Positions 33,613 to 43,642 of a stretch of 64,000 nucleotides of DNA are shown piece after piece. The stretch is from an uncultured Lentimicrobiaceae bacterium (lineage in GTDB: Bacteria > Bacteroidota > Bacteroidia > Bacteroidales > JAGONC01): positions 20,265 to 84,264 of the forward strand of contig CAZVNP010000006.1 of assembly GCA_964628285.1 (NCBI GenBank), written 5' to 3'. Every line of letters begins with the position of its first letter. Within the stretch, counting starts at the first letter, position 1. The translations under genes were made by a program, and so were the position numbers. Under the pieces are notes generated by a model. The model did not search any database. It was not told where the DNA came from and saw nothing but the letters and a program-made list of their open reading frames with translations.

Positions 33613-34251
33613 TTAACTGCTTTCATTGGTCATCGTTGTTTCAGGGGTGGCCACTTTTTTCCTGAAAAATCTTTTCTGAAAAAATATTAAAGCCAGCACA
33701 CCCACCGTAATGGATGAGTCGGCGATATTGAATATGGGTCTGAAGAATGTAAATTCTCTTGTTCCGATGACCGGCACCCAGGCAGGCCAGTGCCACTGGA
33801 CAATAGGAAAATAAAGCATATCCACCACTTTACCGAGCAGGAAAAAGCTGTAACCACCGCTATGAGGGAGAAATACAGCCGGATGGAAAAAATTGCTTTC
33901 GCTGAACAGCAACCCATAGAAAGCCGAATCGATCATGTTACCGGTGGCGCCGGCGAAGATCAGCGAGATGCAGATGACGAGTCCTCTGTGGGCTTTTTTT
34001 CTGACCAGATGGATAAGATAATAACCGAGGGCCAGGATGGCTAACAGACGAACGATACTGAGAAAAAGCTTTCCCGACTCGCCTGCCAGCTGCAGGCCGA
34101 AAGCCATGCCGTTATTTTCCGTAAAATGGAGGATGAACCAGTTGTCCAGGACATGTATCTCCTGACCGAGGTACATGTGGGTTTTTACCCAGAACTTCAG
34201 TGTCTGATCACATAGAAGAATGAAAAGGATGATGAACAGCGGTCTTTTCAA
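33613..34251 (-). CDS. lspA: lipoprotein signal peptidase (signal peptidase II)
   Basis: 212 aa, 4 TM. NNGMAFG and FNIADSSI motif regions. Confidence 0.9.
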   Translation of the reverse strand: MKRPLFIILFILLCDQTLKFWVKTHMYLGQEIHVLDNWFILHFTENNGMAFGLQLAGESGKLFLSIVRLLAILALGYYLIHLVRKKAHRGLVICISLIFAGATGNMIDSAFYGLLFSESNFFHPAVFLPHSGGYSFFLLGKVVDMLYFPIVQWHWPAWVPVIGTREFTFFRPIFNIADSSITVGVLALIFFQKRFFRKKVATPETTMTNESS

Positions 34252-34272
34252 GATGCAGGGAGATGGTTGTTT

Positions 34273-34686
34273 TTATGTCTTTTTGTTCAGACCCAGTTTG
34301 GCGTCAATACTTAGGGTGGCATGAGGAACGCTTCTCAGACGTTCTTTGGAGATCAGCTTACCCGTTACCCTGCAAATGCCGTAGGTTTTATTCTCGATGC
34401 GTATGAGGGCGTTCTCCAGAGCATTGATGAATTTCTGCTGCCTGGCGGCCAGCCGGCTGTTCTCTTCTTTGGATAAAACCTGATAACCCTCCTCCAGAAC
34501 TTTAAAGGTTGGAGAGGTATCGCTGATGCCATGTTCTTCGATATTTGTATAGGCCTCGGTGAGCATCAACAAATCTTCACGGGCCTTGGCAAGCTTTTCA
34601 AGGATCAATGCTTTGAATTCTTCCAGCTCTTCGTCCGAATATCTGGTCTTTACGACTTCTTCTTCTTTTTTCATGGCTGTTGGCAT
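34273..34686 (-). CDS. DksA/TraR-family zinc-finger-like protein
   Basis: 137 aa. Coiled-coil region then C-terminal CRVTGKLISKERLRSVPHATLSIDAK (Bacteroidota-type degenerate C4 finger). Confidence 0.75.
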   Translation of the reverse strand: MPTAMKKEEEVVKTRYSDEELEEFKALILEKLAKAREDLLMLTEAYTNIEEHGISDTSPTFKVLEEGYQVLSKEENSRLAARQQKFINALENALIRIENKTYGICRVTGKLISKERLRSVPHATLSIDAKLGLNKKT

Positions 34687-34710
34687 TAAAAGGATGAAAC
34701 GTTATTAAAT

Positions 34711-37700
34711 TCAAATGGCCTTCTCAATGGACACGTATGTTCTGATTTCTTCTGTCAGGTTAATGAGCTTTTTATCCTGGTCATGGATCTCATTGACGAT
34801 GTCCAATGATTCGGCCAGCGTTTCCGAACAAATATATGTAAAATTAAGTTCTATCGCCTTCTCAAGGTCGTGGTTTTTTTCAACCTTCACACGTATTTTA
34901 TCAGTCACTTCAAAGTCTCTCTCTTTACGCAAATTCTGTATCCTGTTGACGAGTTCCCGTGCGATACCTTCCTGTCTGAGGCTATCGGTAACGGTGATAT
35001 CGAGTGCCACGGTCAGGCCGTTTTGTGTCAGCACCACCCATCCCGGAATATCTTCTGTGGTGATCTCGACATCCTCGAGTGTGATATCCACCGTTGTCCC
35101 GTCGATGGTCAGAACGGTATGGCCTTCGGCTTCGATACCTGCAATATCGTGCTGGCTGAACCCTGAAATGGTCGCGGCAATTTGCTTCATCAGGCGGCCA
35201 TATTTGGGTCCCAGGGTTTTGAAGTTGGGTTTTATTTTTTTGACCAGGATGCCCGAGGTGTCGGAAAGGTAGTCCATCTCTTTGACATTGACTTCCGAGA
35301 GGATCAGCTCCTTCACCATATCGAGGTTTTCCCTGAAATGTTCGGATAACACGGGTATCATAACCTTATTCAAAGGTTGTCGCACACGCAGGAACGTTCT
35401 TTTACGCAGGGAAAGGATCATCGAGGTGATGGTCTGGGCCAGTTCCATACGTTCTTCAAGCGCGGTGTCGATGGATGTGGCATCGTATACGGGGAAGTCG
35501 GTGAGGTGAACGGATTCGGCATCAATCTTACCTGTGATGCTGTTCAGATCAATGAACAACTTGTCCGTCATGAAGGGAGCCAGAGGAGCCGCCAGTTGTG
35601 CCACGGTGACCAGACAGGTGTACAGGGTCTGGTAAGCGGCTATCTTATCGTCCGTAAATTCGCCCTTCCAGAAACGGCGGCGGCATAACCTGACATACCA
35701 GTTGCTCAGAAAATCGATGACAAAATCCTGTATGACACGGCCTGCTTTTGTCGGCTCATAGTCGGCATAAAAATCATCGACCTTGCGGATGAGGGTGTTC
35801 AATTCGGAGATGATCCACCGGTCGATCTCGGGACGCTGCGCGACAGGGATGTCAGGACTCGAATAATCGAATCCGTCAATATTGGCATAGAGCGCGAAGA
35901 AAGCATAGGTGTTGAAGAGTGTTCCGAAAAATTTACGCTGCACCTCCTTCACACCTTCAATGTCGAATTTCAGGTTATCCCACGGTTGGGTGTTGGTGAT
36001 CATATACCACCTCAGGGCATCCGGACCGTAGGTGTCAACGGTCTCAAAAGGATCGACGGCATTAGCCAGACGTTTCGACATCTTGTTGCCGTTTTTGTCG
36101 AGCACCAGCCCATTGGATACACAGGCCTTGAAGGATACCGAATCGAACAGCATGACGGCTATGGCATGTAGTGTAAAGAACCATCCCCGGGTCTGATCCA
36201 CACCCTCCGCAATGAAATCGGCAGGGAAATAATCACTTAAAGAAGCTTCGCTATCGAAGGGATAATGAAACTGGGCGTAGGGCATGGCACCCGAATCGAA
36301 CCACACATCAATGAGATCGGATTCACGCACCATTTTTTGTCCTGAGGAGGATACCAGGAAAATGTCGTCGACATAAGGGCGGTGCAAGTCAAAGCTCTCG
36401 TAGTTCTCATCCGACATGTCGCCCGGCCGGAACGAGGTAAAAGGATTGGATGCCATAAATCCGGCCTGCACCGCTTTCTCCACTTCCTTTTTAAGCTGTT
36501 CCACCGATCCGATGCATATCATCTCCTGGCGGTCGGCAGTGACCCAGATAGGCAAAGGTGTGCCCCAGTACCTTGAACGCGAAAGATTCCAGTCGACCAA
36601 ATTCTCAAGCCAGTTGCCAAAACGGCCTGTACCCGTGGACTTGGGCTTCCAGTTGATGGTGTTGTTAAAGGTGATCATCTGATCACGGAAAGCGGTGGTC
36701 CTGATAAACCATGAATCCAAAGGATAATAGAGGATAGGTTTATCCGTTCTCCAGCAATGGGGATAGGAGTGAACGTACTTTTCGGTCTTGAAAGCCTTAT
36801 TCTCCTTTTTCAGCTTGACGATGATGTCGATATCGACACTGTCCTCCTGTTCGGGCTTGTCGGGATTGTAGTCCGGCGCGTATTCATTTTTAACCCACCT
36901 CCCGGCAAATTCACCCATCTGCGCGGTAAACCTGCCCTGTTTGTCAACCAGGGTGAGCGATCCCACGCCATTCTCCTTGCCTATTTTAAAGTCATCGGCA
37001 CCGAAACTGGGTGCGATGTGAACGACGCCGGTCCCATCTTCGGTGGTGACAAAATCACCCGTCAGGACAATAAAAGCATCTCCGTCATCAGGCCTGGCAT
37101 AGGGCATGAGCTGTTCATAACGGATCCCTTTTAATCGGGCGCCTTTATATTCCCCGGTGATCTTAAACGGAATGTTTTTCTGCCCCGCCTGATAATCCCC
37201 GAGTTTCAATTCGGCATTTTTTGGGGGAAAGAAGTTATCCGTCAGTTCTTTGGCAAGTATGACGGTGATGGGCAGATAAGTATAGGGATTATATGTGTTG
37301 ACAGTGACATAATCAATATCGGCGCCCACCGCCAGGGCGGTATTTGAAGGAAGCGTCCAGGGCGTGGTGGTCCAGGCCAGGAAGAAGACATCGCCGTGGG
37401 CATCCCGGAACAGCGCTTCCGAGAGGGCGTCACGGATCACCTTGAACTGGGCCGTCACCGTATGGTCTTTAATATCACGGTAGGTTCCGGGCTGGTTCAG
37501 CTCATGATTGCTCAGACCTGTGCCGGCAGCAGGAGAATAGGGTTGAATGGAATAACCCTTGTACAGGAGATCCTTCTCATAAAGTTTGGATAACAGGTAC
37601 CAGACGCTCTCGATGTATTTGTTCCTGAAGGTAATATAGGGATGGTCCAGATCGACCCAATAGCCTATCTTTCTGGTCAGGTCGTCCCACAAATCTTTGT

Positions 37701-38085
37701 ATTTGAGCACTTCGCGGCGGCAGGCGACATTGTATTCCTCAATGGATATTTTTTTTCCTATATCTTCTTTTGTTATGCCGAGGTTTTTTTCCACTTCTAT
37801 CTCTATGGGCAGACCATGAGTGTCCCATCCAGCCTTGCGTTTGACATAATAACCTTTAAGTGTTTTATAGCGGCAGAAGATATCCTTGATGGTTCGTGAC
37901 AGCACGTGATGAATTCCCGGAATGCCGTTAGCCGACGGGGGTCCTTCATAAAATATGAAAGGAGCACGGTTCTGACGGATTAACATGCTTTTCTCAAAAA
38001 TGTCATGCTTCTTCCAATAGCTACGGATCTCATCACCGATAGCAGGGAGGTCTAAATGATCGTATTCTCTGTATTTTCCTTTCAT
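34711..38085 (-). CDS. ileS: isoleucine--tRNA ligase
   Basis: HIGH-type PGIHHVLSR and KMSKRL motifs. Start placed at ATG 38085 (MKGKYREYDHLDL). The track ORF extends to 38154. Confidence 0.96.
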   Translation of the reverse strand: MKGKYREYDHLDLPAIGDEIRSYWKKHDIFEKSMLIRQNRAPFIFYEGPPSANGIPGIHHVLSRTIKDIFCRYKTLKGYYVKRKAGWDTHGLPIEIEVEKNLGITKEDIGKKISIEEYNVACRREVLKYKDLWDDLTRKIGYWVDLDHPYITFRNKYIESVWYLLSKLYEKDLLYKGYSIQPYSPAAGTGLSNHELNQPGTYRDIKDHTVTAQFKVIRDALSEALFRDAHGDVFFLAWTTTPWTLPSNTALAVGADIDYVTVNTYNPYTYLPITVILAKELTDNFFPPKNAELKLGDYQAGQKNIPFKITGEYKGARLKGIRYEQLMPYARPDDGDAFIVLTGDFVTTEDGTGVVHIAPSFGADDFKIGKENGVGSLTLVDKQGRFTAQMGEFAGRWVKNEYAPDYNPDKPEQEDSVDIDIIVKLKKENKAFKTEKYVHSYPHCWRTDKPILYYPLDSWFIRTTAFRDQMITFNNTINWKPKSTGTGRFGNWLENLVDWNLSRSRYWGTPLPIWVTADRQEMICIGSVEQLKKEVEKAVQAGFMASNPFTSFRPGDMSDENYESFDLHRPYVDDIFLVSSSGQKMVRESDLIDVWFDSGAMPYAQFHYPFDSEASLSDYFPADFIAEGVDQTRGWFFTLHAIAVMLFDSVSFKACVSNGLVLDKNGNKMSKRLANAVDPFETVDTYGPDALRWYMITNTQPWDNLKFDIEGVKEVQRKFFGTLFNTYAFFALYANIDGFDYSSPDIPVAQRPEIDRWIISELNTLIRKVDDFYADYEPTKAGRVIQDFVIDFLSNWYVRLCRRRFWKGEFTDDKIAAYQTLYTCLVTVAQLAAPLAPFMTDKLFIDLNSITGKIDAESVHLTDFPVYDATSIDTALEERMELAQTITSMILSLRKRTFLRVRQPLNKVMIPVLSEHFRENLDMVKELILSEVNVKEMDYLSDTSGILVKKIKPNFKTLGPKYGRLMKQIAATISGFSQHDIAGIEAEGHTVLTIDGTTVDITLEDVEITTEDIPGWVVLTQNGLTVALDITVTDSLRQEGIARELVNRIQNLRKERDFEVTDKIRVKVEKNHDLEKAIELNFTYICSETLAESLDIVNEIHDQDKKLINLTEEIRTYVSIEKAI

Positions 38086-38521
38086 CCGGCCGGTTTTTGG
38101 CAGCGCACTTAAAAAGAGTGCAAAATTAAAAAAATATTGAATAATAACCGGCATGGCTTCTAAGATTCTTTATTTTTCGGGAGTCACAAATCTGGTATGA
38201 CGGAGATATAAGGTTTTACTATTAAATGAATGAAGAGATTAAATAGTTGTAATTGTATGGAATTTTAGATCTGTTTTTGTATATTTGTATTTAGATGGGC
38301 ATTTGAGAGCATGTTTATAACTTACAGATAAAGCGATAGATAGCTTATAATAGAGCGCTGATGACGCGGATTAAAGGGATTATCGCGGATTACGTTTAAT
38401 TATAATTGAAACTATCTTACCGGAATTATTAATTCTTCGTTTAGAAAAATCCGAATAAATCAGCCCAATCTGTGACATTCGCGTTCTAACATACCTGAAC
38501 AACAATAAAAATCAAGCACTT

Positions 38522-39049
38522 ATGTTGAAATACGGTACTATGTCTTCGATTTACTCTCTCAGGCTGACGATAACAGTTTTACTCCTTGTTGTTTTTTCCC
38601 TCTCAGCCACGGCTCAGGATCGTTCTCAATGGTTGACCCCGATAGCCGACATCCAATTCAAAGGTGATAAAGTAGTTTATTATTACCAAGTAAGCGACCC
38701 GACTTATCGGCTTGAACCGCTTTTCATTACGAGCGCCTTTACCGCCATACCATCTGTGCGGAAAGGTTCCTCCGTTGCAAATGACCTTTCCAAGAGCAGG
38801 AAATGGCTTGACAGTGAGGTAAAATTTCCTCCTTCCTGTAATGACATAACCGCTAAAGAGGCCTATCTTAAAGCCTGCGCCTTGTATATCATCTGGAACA
38901 TGAACCATATAAAACTTCCGGATAATCGCCTGGAACAAAATATCACAATGCTCACATCCGATTCTGATACGAGCATATCCCATGATGCTTATCTTAGTAA
39001 AAAGCTATATACCTCTATTTGTGAAGGGTTGAAAGAAGTAAGGAAATAA
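38522..39049 (+). CDS. hypothetical secreted protein
   Basis: 175 aa. Signal peptide LLLVVFSLSATAQD. No family recognised. First gene of the AT-richer islet. Confidence 0.55.
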   Translation: MLKYGTMSSIYSLRLTITVLLLVVFSLSATAQDRSQWLTPIADIQFKGDKVVYYYQVSDPTYRLEPLFITSAFTAIPSVRKGSSVANDLSKSRKWLDSEVKFPPSCNDITAKEAYLKACALYIIWNMNHIKLPDNRLEQNITMLTSDSDTSISHDAYLSKKLYTSICEGLKEVRK

Positions 39050-39058
39050 CCGGTAGCC

Positions 39059-40678
39059 ATGAAACTATTTTTACGCATTGCTATTCTTTTTCTTTTATGT
39101 CTTCAGACGGCATCTTCTATCTCCCAACGATGGGACCATTTCTACGGATCATCAAGTCTTGCTGAATACAGCTGCGATATTATTGAGACTTACGATAAAG
39201 GATACCTCATATGTGGAGGATATAACAATCTGGCGACCTGGTTGATCAAAACTGATATCAATGGTTATGTGCTATGGGAAAAAACAATAGATGCAGACCT
39301 GCCAAATATCGGCGACGCTATTGTTGAAACGTTTGATCATGGATATGTTATAGCAGGGGGAATGGATACAAATTTGGGTTTTGATGATCCATTTGTCATG
39401 AAATTGAATGAATGTGGTGAAAAGGAATGGTGTACTACATTTCCGGGTTTTTTTCGGCCATACGATTCTTGGGTTGAGAAAATCATTGAAGCGGAAAATA
39501 AAGATCTGGTTTTTATTGCCAATCAATTTGGCACCTTAGGAGAAAATCCTCTTTTTCTGATTAAGCTCGATTCACTGGGTCAGACAAAATGGAAGATGCC
39601 TATACTGACCATATGGGCACATCCAAATACAATCCAACCTTGGGGATTCGATCTCATAGAGACTTCTGATGCCGGCTATCTGATCAGCTGTGACGCATAC
39701 TGGACCTATCCATGGGATACGGTGGGAGAAATAAAATGGCTTCATCCTACATTTATCAAAGTCGATGAAAACGGATATGAGGAATGGGTTTATCCATTCG
39801 GACTTCAGGATACTATACTCGGTATGACACGTTCTACTGTCATATTGACTGAGAATTCTTATGTGGGGATAGGTGCGTTCAGATCTGAAATTGATATTAT
39901 TCATCCTTTGCTTATGAGCTTCAACAGTTTGGGGGAAGAATTAAATTATCTCATATTTGATTCACAACAAATCGATTCAAGTTTTATTGAAGGCGCTTTT
40001 GTTCAAAGCATACATGAACAAAATGATTCACTTCTTATTTGTATCGGCGAGTTTGAGGTACCTCCTGATAATGCGTATCCGGTAACTGAGGTTGTAATGG
40101 ACACTGCAATTTTTTGTTCCTCTCCGACATTTTATTATCATGTGATACATCCCAACACAAGGGATCCGTTTAAATTGGCCGTAACCTTCGATCGGAAAAT
40201 ACTCAGTAGTTCATCGTATGTTTTTACTCCTGATAACTGGGATATTTATCTTACAAAGATGAATATGCACCTCGAACAGGACAGTATGTATCCGGGTAAC
40301 TACACTTACGATAGCCTTTGCCCAATTAGCATCACCACTGATACGATATATATTAATGATTGCTGGCTTCGTGCCGGAATAAGTGAATACCCTGTTGCAA
40401 AGGAGAACGATGGATCAATTGAATCAATCCCAATAACGGTTTATCCAAATCCTGCTTATTCGGAAATCACCGTTATACTTAAAAATATGGGATATAATAC
40501 AGATATTGCGTTGACATGCTATGATATAACCGGACAAACAGTGTTAAATGTTCCTGTCAGGAATGGGCGGAATGATATGAGGCTGGATATCACACACTGG
40601 ACGCCGGGACTTTACATGGCTGTCGTTACGATTCAGGGAAGAGTGGCCGGGGAAAAGAGGTTTGTGGTGATGAAATGA
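39059..40678 (+). CDS. hypothetical T9SS-sorted protein with repeated GY-x-I-x-GG blades
   Basis: 539 aa. Signal peptide. Repeats YDKGYLICGGY, FDHGYVIAGGM and SDAGYLISCDA. C-terminal Por secretion tail ITVYPNPAYSEITVIL...GLYMAVVTIQGRVAGEKRFVVMK. Confidence 0.75.
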   Translation: MKLFLRIAILFLLCLQTASSISQRWDHFYGSSSLAEYSCDIIETYDKGYLICGGYNNLATWLIKTDINGYVLWEKTIDADLPNIGDAIVETFDHGYVIAGGMDTNLGFDDPFVMKLNECGEKEWCTTFPGFFRPYDSWVEKIIEAENKDLVFIANQFGTLGENPLFLIKLDSLGQTKWKMPILTIWAHPNTIQPWGFDLIETSDAGYLISCDAYWTYPWDTVGEIKWLHPTFIKVDENGYEEWVYPFGLQDTILGMTRSTVILTENSYVGIGAFRSEIDIIHPLLMSFNSLGEELNYLIFDSQQIDSSFIEGAFVQSIHEQNDSLLICIGEFEVPPDNAYPVTEVVMDTAIFCSSPTFYYHVIHPNTRDPFKLAVTFDRKILSSSSYVFTPDNWDIYLTKMNMHLEQDSMYPGNYTYDSLCPISITTDTIYINDCWLRAGISEYPVAKENDGSIESIPITVYPNPAYSEITVILKNMGYNTDIALTCYDITGQTVLNVPVRNGRNDMRLDITHWTPGLYMAVVTIQGRVAGEKRFVVMK

Positions 40679-41001
40679 ATAATATAGCGAAGTAACGAAG
40701 TATTTAGATGCTTTTATCTTTCACTCCTTCGTTATACGGAAAATCATGAATTACTTTGCGCTTTAGCACGGGAGTACAGGTTACTTAACAAATTATTAAT
40801 TCATAAATCCTCTGCCCCCGATAGCTATATCGGGGCTGCACCTCCATAGCGCCCTTTACGGTTAAAAGAAAATTCTATTTCGAACCCAATGCCACCGCCC
40901 AATTCATCTGTAAAAGATTGAAAGAACTATAGAAATGATTAACTGGGAATAACGATTTTTCTTCCAATTTTGTAGAATTAAATCTCTGAACCATTTATTT
41001 C

Positions 41002-42024
41002 ATGATGAGGCTGGTCCCGTTAAAACATTACATCATCCCTGTCTTCATCCCACAGGAAGCCTGTCCGCACCGATGCATCTTTTGCAACCAGGTTAAGATC
41101 TCGGGCCACACTTCTCTTCCCTCCATTGAAGAAGTCAGTGCCACCATTAGCAGGCACCTATCGACCATCCCTCATCAAAACAGGCATGTGGAGATAGGCT
41201 TTTTCGGCGGCAGCTTCACGGGTATGGCAATCGACAGGCAGGAACAATTCCTTAAGGTGGCTGCAGCCTTTGTTGATACAGGGCAGGTCGACGGCATCCG
41301 GATCTCAACGAGGCCTGACTACATTGATAACCGCAGGCTGGACCTTCTGAGGAAATATGGGGTAGGCACCGTTGAACTGGGAGCCCAGTCGATGGACGAT
41401 ATCATCCTGAAAAAGTCGGGCCGGGGGCATACCGCAGCCGATACCGTCAGAGCTTCGGAACAGGTACGCCAACAGGGTTTTGAACTGGGTCTCCAGATGA
41501 TGATCGGTCTTCCCGGCGATACCCTGGAGGCCTCCCTAATAACCGCACGCAGGATCATTGCTTTGGGAGCCAGCAACACCCGCATCTATCCCACCCTGGT
41601 CATTAAGGATACGCCGCTGGAACGCCTGTACCTGAGCGGAAAGTATGTGCCATTGAGACTGGAGGAGGCGGTCACATGGTCAAAGATGCTTTATCTGGTG
41701 TTTGAGGCCGCCCGTGTCATTGTCATCCGCATGGGACTCCATCCCTCCGAAGGACTGATAAGTGGTGAGGATCTGATAGCTGGGCCATTTCACCCTTCAT
41801 TCCGTGAACTGGTGATGACGGAGCTGTGGCGTGAGGAACTGGAAAAAATAGAATCAGGAAACGACGCAAAAACATTGACGGTATTCGTCAGCCCCGGCCA
41901 TCTCAATTTTGCTATCGGTTACAAAGCCTCCAACAGGCTGATGTTATTGAAAAGATACGACAGGGTGAATTTTGTCACCGATTTTTCACTTGAAGGGAGG
42001 TCATATCATGTTGATTATCGTTGA
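41002..42024 (+). CDS. radical SAM protein (ELP3/COG1243-like core without an acetyltransferase domain)
   Basis: 340 aa. CxxxCxxC cluster CPHRCIFCNQ at residues 21-30 and a TIM-barrel-like pattern. Confidence 0.85.
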   Translation: MMRLVPLKHYIIPVFIPQEACPHRCIFCNQVKISGHTSLPSIEEVSATISRHLSTIPHQNRHVEIGFFGGSFTGMAIDRQEQFLKVAAAFVDTGQVDGIRISTRPDYIDNRRLDLLRKYGVGTVELGAQSMDDIILKKSGRGHTAADTVRASEQVRQQGFELGLQMMIGLPGDTLEASLITARRIIALGASNTRIYPTLVIKDTPLERLYLSGKYVPLRLEEAVTWSKMLYLVFEAARVIVIRMGLHPSEGLISGEDLIAGPFHPSFRELVMTELWREELEKIESGNDAKTLTVFVSPGHLNFAIGYKASNRLMLLKRYDRVNFVTDFSLEGRSYHVDYR

Positions 42025-42697
42025 CAGGAAGCTGCCCGAACGGGTGAAAAGCAACCTGCGGCATTATGGTGACCTCCTTGAACTGGTGTCTGATGGCATC
42101 ACCTATCCGGCCATCTCGGGTCATCCGGACATATTTTTTGCCCTGTGCGGGCAGCGGCTGATCATCGCTCCCAATTTACCGGCGAAGTATATCAGATTCC
42201 TTGAGAAAAAAAGTGTGGACTTCGTCACAGGTGATAAGCCCGTCGGTGAGGTCTATCCCCACACAGCCAGCTATAATGCCGTCATTACCGGGAAATATCT
42301 GATTCATAATCTGAAACTGACCGATGAAGAAATACTGAAACAGGCATTAAGGAGGAGGAGGATAGATGTGGCACAGGGCTACTGCAGGTGTAACCTGATA
42401 CCTTTAAAGGACGATCGCTTCATCACTTCCGACAGAGGTATAAAACGGATTCTGGATGATCATGATCTGATCTGTTTGTATGTGGATCCCCGGGGCATTT
42501 CCCTGCCCGGCTTCAAGCATGGTTTCATAGGAGGTACCGCCGGGATCATGCAGGATAAATTCTTTTTTACCGGCAGTCTGAGTTCGTTTCCTTTCGGAAA
42601 GACTCTACGGGTGTTCCTGTCGGATCTTGGCTATGAGATCGTGGAGTTGAACGACGGTCCTCCGATTGATGGGGGAAGCATCATGTTTGTGGCCTGA
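42008..42697 (+). CDS. uncharacterized protein, possibly guanidino-modifying-enzyme (GME) fold (DUF6873-like)
   Basis: ATG 42008 (MLIIVDRKLPERV...) overlaps the radical-SAM stop by 17 nt. The family name is recalled from memory and unverified. Confidence 0.62.
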   Translation: MLIIVDRKLPERVKSNLRHYGDLLELVSDGITYPAISGHPDIFFALCGQRLIIAPNLPAKYIRFLEKKSVDFVTGDKPVGEVYPHTASYNAVITGKYLIHNLKLTDEEILKQALRRRRIDVAQGYCRCNLIPLKDDRFITSDRGIKRILDDHDLICLYVDPRGISLPGFKHGFIGGTAGIMQDKFFFTGSLSSFPFGKTLRVFLSDLGYEIVELNDGPPIDGGSIMFVA

Positions 42698-42723
42698 CCA
42701 TGGCATTTCGCCATAGCATCCAT

Positions 42724-43467
42724 TCATTCCGTATAAAAACGCCAAGAGCAATACCATTCTTCGGGATGCTTGTCGGGGGGGCATCCCAGACATTCCGTCC
42801 GGATGGCCGGATCGATGCTTGATGCGAAGGAGGTGTATTCAATGATGCCTCCCGACTTACAGGGATAGTCGTCCAGTCCCTTGCGTTTGCGTGCCGACTG
42901 AACCCGGCAGTCGTTCATCCTGAAGATGAAACTGCCGACAGTTTCATCGGTGATGGATTGCCGGTTGATGGTGGCATAAAGCCTGAATTGCAGTGCTCTC
43001 TTCAATCCTTCCAGCCCGGCTTTCTCCGGCAGTTGAAGAAATCGTTTTATCGACCAGGCTTCGAAAGGTGAAAATTCGCCCCAGCAGGCATCATTGCATT
43101 GTTTGGCGAGGGTCATATTTTCCGAGAATTCGACGGCCTGGAACCACACCCCGTCGTTGGCCAGCCAGTTCACCGCCATGCTTTCCTTTAAGGCGTTCAG
43201 CTCATCCTGACTCCATTCAAGCAAGGGCTCCGGTAATCCTTCTTTTAACCCGAAACCACGTGTTTTACCCAGCCTCTTCAGCTGCAGCTCCGTCGTTCTT
43301 TCCAGAGTATTATTGAGGATGGCGGAGGCTTTTTCATGACCCAAATGTTTGATAACCTGTGCATACCACATGGCGTGATGCATGATCAGGCGGTGAATGA
43401 AATCGAAAAGAAGGGCTATGGTGCCCGCCTTGTCCAGATCGTTCTGGCTGTTTATTTGCTGTTTCAT
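42724..43467 (-). CDS. hypothetical protein with Cys-rich C-terminus (DUF6125-like)
   Basis: 247 aa. C-terminal CKSGG...CLGCPPDKHPEEWYC. Convergent with the preceding pair, 26 bp gap. Confidence 0.6.
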   Translation of the reverse strand: MKQQINSQNDLDKAGTIALLFDFIHRLIMHHAMWYAQVIKHLGHEKASAILNNTLERTTELQLKRLGKTRGFGLKEGLPEPLLEWSQDELNALKESMAVNWLANDGVWFQAVEFSENMTLAKQCNDACWGEFSPFEAWSIKRFLQLPEKAGLEGLKRALQFRLYATINRQSITDETVGSFIFRMNDCRVQSARKRKGLDDYPCKSGGIIEYTSFASSIDPAIRTECLGCPPDKHPEEWYCSWRFYTE

Positions 43468-43642
43468 TATGACCTTATCTTTGGTGGGTAAAAGTAAAAA
43501 AATTTTTTCCTACTGTATCTCTGAGATTAAGGGTGTTCTGATGCACACTGTGACATTTCACTGACGACGGAGAATTTGGGAGGGGTTATTTTTTGGCCTG
43601 CAACTTCAAAACTTGCTATCTTTATCGTACGATTTATTTTGC

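Noticed and set aside
40816-40835. Hairpin CCCCGATA-GCTA-TATCGGGG after the T9SS islet gene, considered as a terminator.
   Set aside because: It lies 138 nt downstream of the stop and has no U-tract on either strand. I also checked the surrounding region for a tRNA cloverleaf (a TTCGAACCC-like string near 40880) and found no matching T-stem or acceptor pairing.
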